In this document: piece by piece, positions 62,025 through 64,000 of the stretch
Layout of the letters: each line of letters opens with the position of its first letter
How positions within the stretch are numbered: position 1 is the stretch's first letter
Assembly (NCBI GenBank): GCA_964342815.1
Contig: CAYFHS010000001.1
Location: 243,849-307,848 of the forward strand
Reading direction: 5' to 3'
From: an uncultured archaeon
Lineage (GTDB): Archaea > Thermoplasmatota > Penumbrarchaeia > JASLWR01
DNA length: 64,000 nucleotides
Position numbers and translations under genes: made by a program
The notes under the pieces: generated by a model
What the model saw: the letters and a program-made list of their open reading frames with translations, nothing else
Told to the model about the DNA's origin: nothing
Databases searched by the model: none

Positions 62025-64000
62025 CTAAGCCTCTTTTCGTTTTAATGCTTCTAAATTACTCAATATCTCCGCAGGTACTTCGAGCCCGAGGTTATTCATT
62101 TCCGAGATTATCGTTTCAAGCTGGGTGATTTCCTCCCGGTATTTATCATCCTGGTGCTGACGGTATGCTTCATCCTTTCCTTTTGAGAAATTCTCGAGTG
62201 TGGAATCCACATCCTCAAAATCTTCGGAATCCAGTTTGCTATTTGCGGAATTAATGAGCTGAGTCAGGTCAGGGTGCTCCTTGCCGGTTTCCTCCTGCAA
62301 GGCCGCCAATTCGTTCCTGGCTTCGTCGATATTTAACAAATATTTATCTTTCTTGCTGGTAGTAATCTTCTCGATAACCTTTTCCTTGATTCCCACCATC
62401 TCTTCTTTTGCTTCGGGGAATTTCCCTTCCGCTATTAAAACCTCTATTCTTCCCAAGATTTCACGGTATTCCTTTACATCCACCTCTATGGTCTCCGCCT
62501 CTTCAATTTTTTTTCGTAACGCTTCAGATTCGGCATTGACAATATCCGGTATTCTGGATTGTATAATATTCCTAATCTTCTTTCTCGCTTCGAAGGCTAG
62601 AGCATTACCTTCCTCGAGCTCACCATTGTTGAAATGGGATTCCGATTGGGCGATCATATTCTCGATTTCCACCGTGTCAATATCGCAAGCCTTCGCTTCC
62701 TTCAACAGATTCTCCACTTCGGAAATGAATGGTGAGGTGTTGGATTTATAAAATTCTTTCCTTGCCAGCATTGCGCTGCTCTCAGCCTTGGATGCAAGTT
62801 CATAAATATCATCGTAGATTTCCTTATTGAAAAGGTACGCTGCTTTATAGAGAAGGGCTTCAGACTGGATTACTTCGGCCCCCATTTCTGAGTTTTCATC
62901 TATGATTTCCTGGATTTTATCCAGTATTCCCTTTAAATATTCAGGTTTGGCTTTGATTAGTAAATTCTTGATCTCCGAGGTCATTTGGCAGCCTTTTACA
63001 TACTCTTCACCTTTGATCAATAATACTGCCTGTTTGAACATTTCCTTTTCGTTGTCAAGAGGAATGTCCCAATCCTTGTATTGTTCCAGAAGCTTTTTTG
63101 CTTCTCCTACTAAAACTCTCGCTCTGTCCCGCGCTTTAACGGTACTGGCCTCCTCAAGTAACGAGTTTAGAGAATCGAATTCCTCATGAAAAGCTGGAAA
63201 ATCGAATCTTGAAAGGGAGTCACCCGCCAAGCTCAAGAGTTCTTCTGTTCCCGCGACATCGATTTCAAGTTCTCGCAATGACGTCATTTCCTCTTTTTTC
63301 TGTGAGAGACGGTCGGAGAGTTCCCCGGCCATTTGGACGTTCATTCTATTATCGTTTTTTCGGTTATATTCTCCTAGGGAGGCCTCAGCGGAAAGAATAT
63401 CATCATACTCTAGGGCCTTACCTGCCATTTTAAGATAGAATTGTAGTTCATTGTGAAGTTCATCTTTCTTGAGATTTTCAAGTACTTGTTCCGCTTCTCC
63501 TATTTCCTTGATTTTAATTTCCTTCCTTTTTCCAAGAATCTTTTCTTCCAGTCTCTCGTGAGCCTCTTTTACGGATTTCAATGCTTCTTCAAAATTTCCT
63601 TCCTCCTTCAGAGCGTCCGCGGATGAAATTTTGTTTGTTTCCTTTTCGATATCAATGTCGAGTTCTTTGGCTTTTTCTACTATCTTTTCGGACGCAGTCA
63701 TCTCTGTTTCAATTCTGTTCCGCAGTTCAGCGTTGACAGGTTCGCTCAATATTTTTATTCCTTCAGCAGTTAGCTTGGAAGCTTCTTCGAATTTCTCTTC
63801 TTCCGCCAGACTGCGGCTTTTTTCCACGGTCTCATTAATAGAGGAAACATTCAATCCGAGATTCTCTGCCTCGACCACCAACCGGCCCAATTCATTCATT
63901 GTATTTGCGGCCAGATCACTATGGTAATTCCTTTCGGTCTCCAGAAGCTTTTGTTCCGTTCCAAGAACCAGTTGGCATCCTTTGAGATACTTTTGTGCTT
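62025..64000 (-). CDS. Helical-repeat protein, paralog, 5'-partial (continues beyond the window)
   Basis: Frame stays open upstream of the ATG at 63899 (AQKYLKGCQLVLGTEQKLLE), carrying the same repeat motif. Confidence 0.85.
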   Translation of the reverse strand, partial: AQKYLKGCQLVLGTEQKLLETERNYHSDLAANTMNELGRLVVEAENLGLNVSSINETVEKSRSLAEEEKFEEASKLTAEGIKILSEPVNAELRNRIETEMTASEKIVEKAKELDIDIEKETNKISSADALKEEGNFEEALKSVKEAHERLEEKILGKRKEIKIKEIGEAEQVLENLKKDELHNELQFYLKMAGKALEYDDILSAEASLGEYNRKNDNRMNVQMAGELSDRLSQKKEEMTSLRELEIDVAGTEELLSLAGDSLSRFDFPAFHEEFDSLNSLLEEASTVKARDRARVLVGEAKKLLEQYKDWDIPLDNEKEMFKQAVLLIKGEEYVKGCQMTSEIKNLLIKAKPEYLKGILDKIQEIIDENSEMGAEVIQSEALLYKAAYLFNKEIYDDIYELASKAESSAMLARKEFYKSNTSPFISEVENLLKEAKACDIDTVEIENMIAQSESHFNNGELEEGNALAFEARKKIRNIIQSRIPDIVNAESEALRKKIEEAETIEVDVKEYREILGRIEVLIAEGKFPEAKEEMVGIKEKVIEKITTSKKDKYLLNIDEARNELAALQEETGKEHPDLTQLINSANSKLDSEDFEDVDSTLENFSKGKDEAYRQHQDDKYREEITQLETIISEMNNLGLEVPAEILSNLEALKRKEA

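Overview
Archaeal chromosomal window, most likely from an anaerobic Thermoplasmatota-type lineage. This is an inference from GINS, Cgi121, HdrA/MvhD, a TadA/TadC-like pair and many giant single-pass surface proteins. From left to right: a partial cadherin/Ig-like surface protein missing from the ORF track; GINS; a minus-strand redox cluster (decayed hdrC and hdrB, hdrL-type hdrA, mvhD, a vestigial mvhD, hdrA, a second hdrL-type hdrA, mvhD, metV, metF); a GT4 glycosyltransferase; membrane and secreted proteins; DUF47; MscS; a RING-like/J-domain protein; a type IV pilus/T2SS-like ATPase and platform protein; gdhA; a Zn-PLC-like protein; three very large surface proteins; Cgi121; and tandem giant helical-repeat paralogs. 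The most unusual signals are non-coding. At 43.1-44.5 kb a ~470-nt back-to-back hairpin region carries a thrice-repeated internal-loop motif and lies next to a wHTH ORF and an iteron-like 23-bp array. At 52.9-53.6 kb a 65-bp-period array with compensatory base changes is followed by a second multi-branch structured region.
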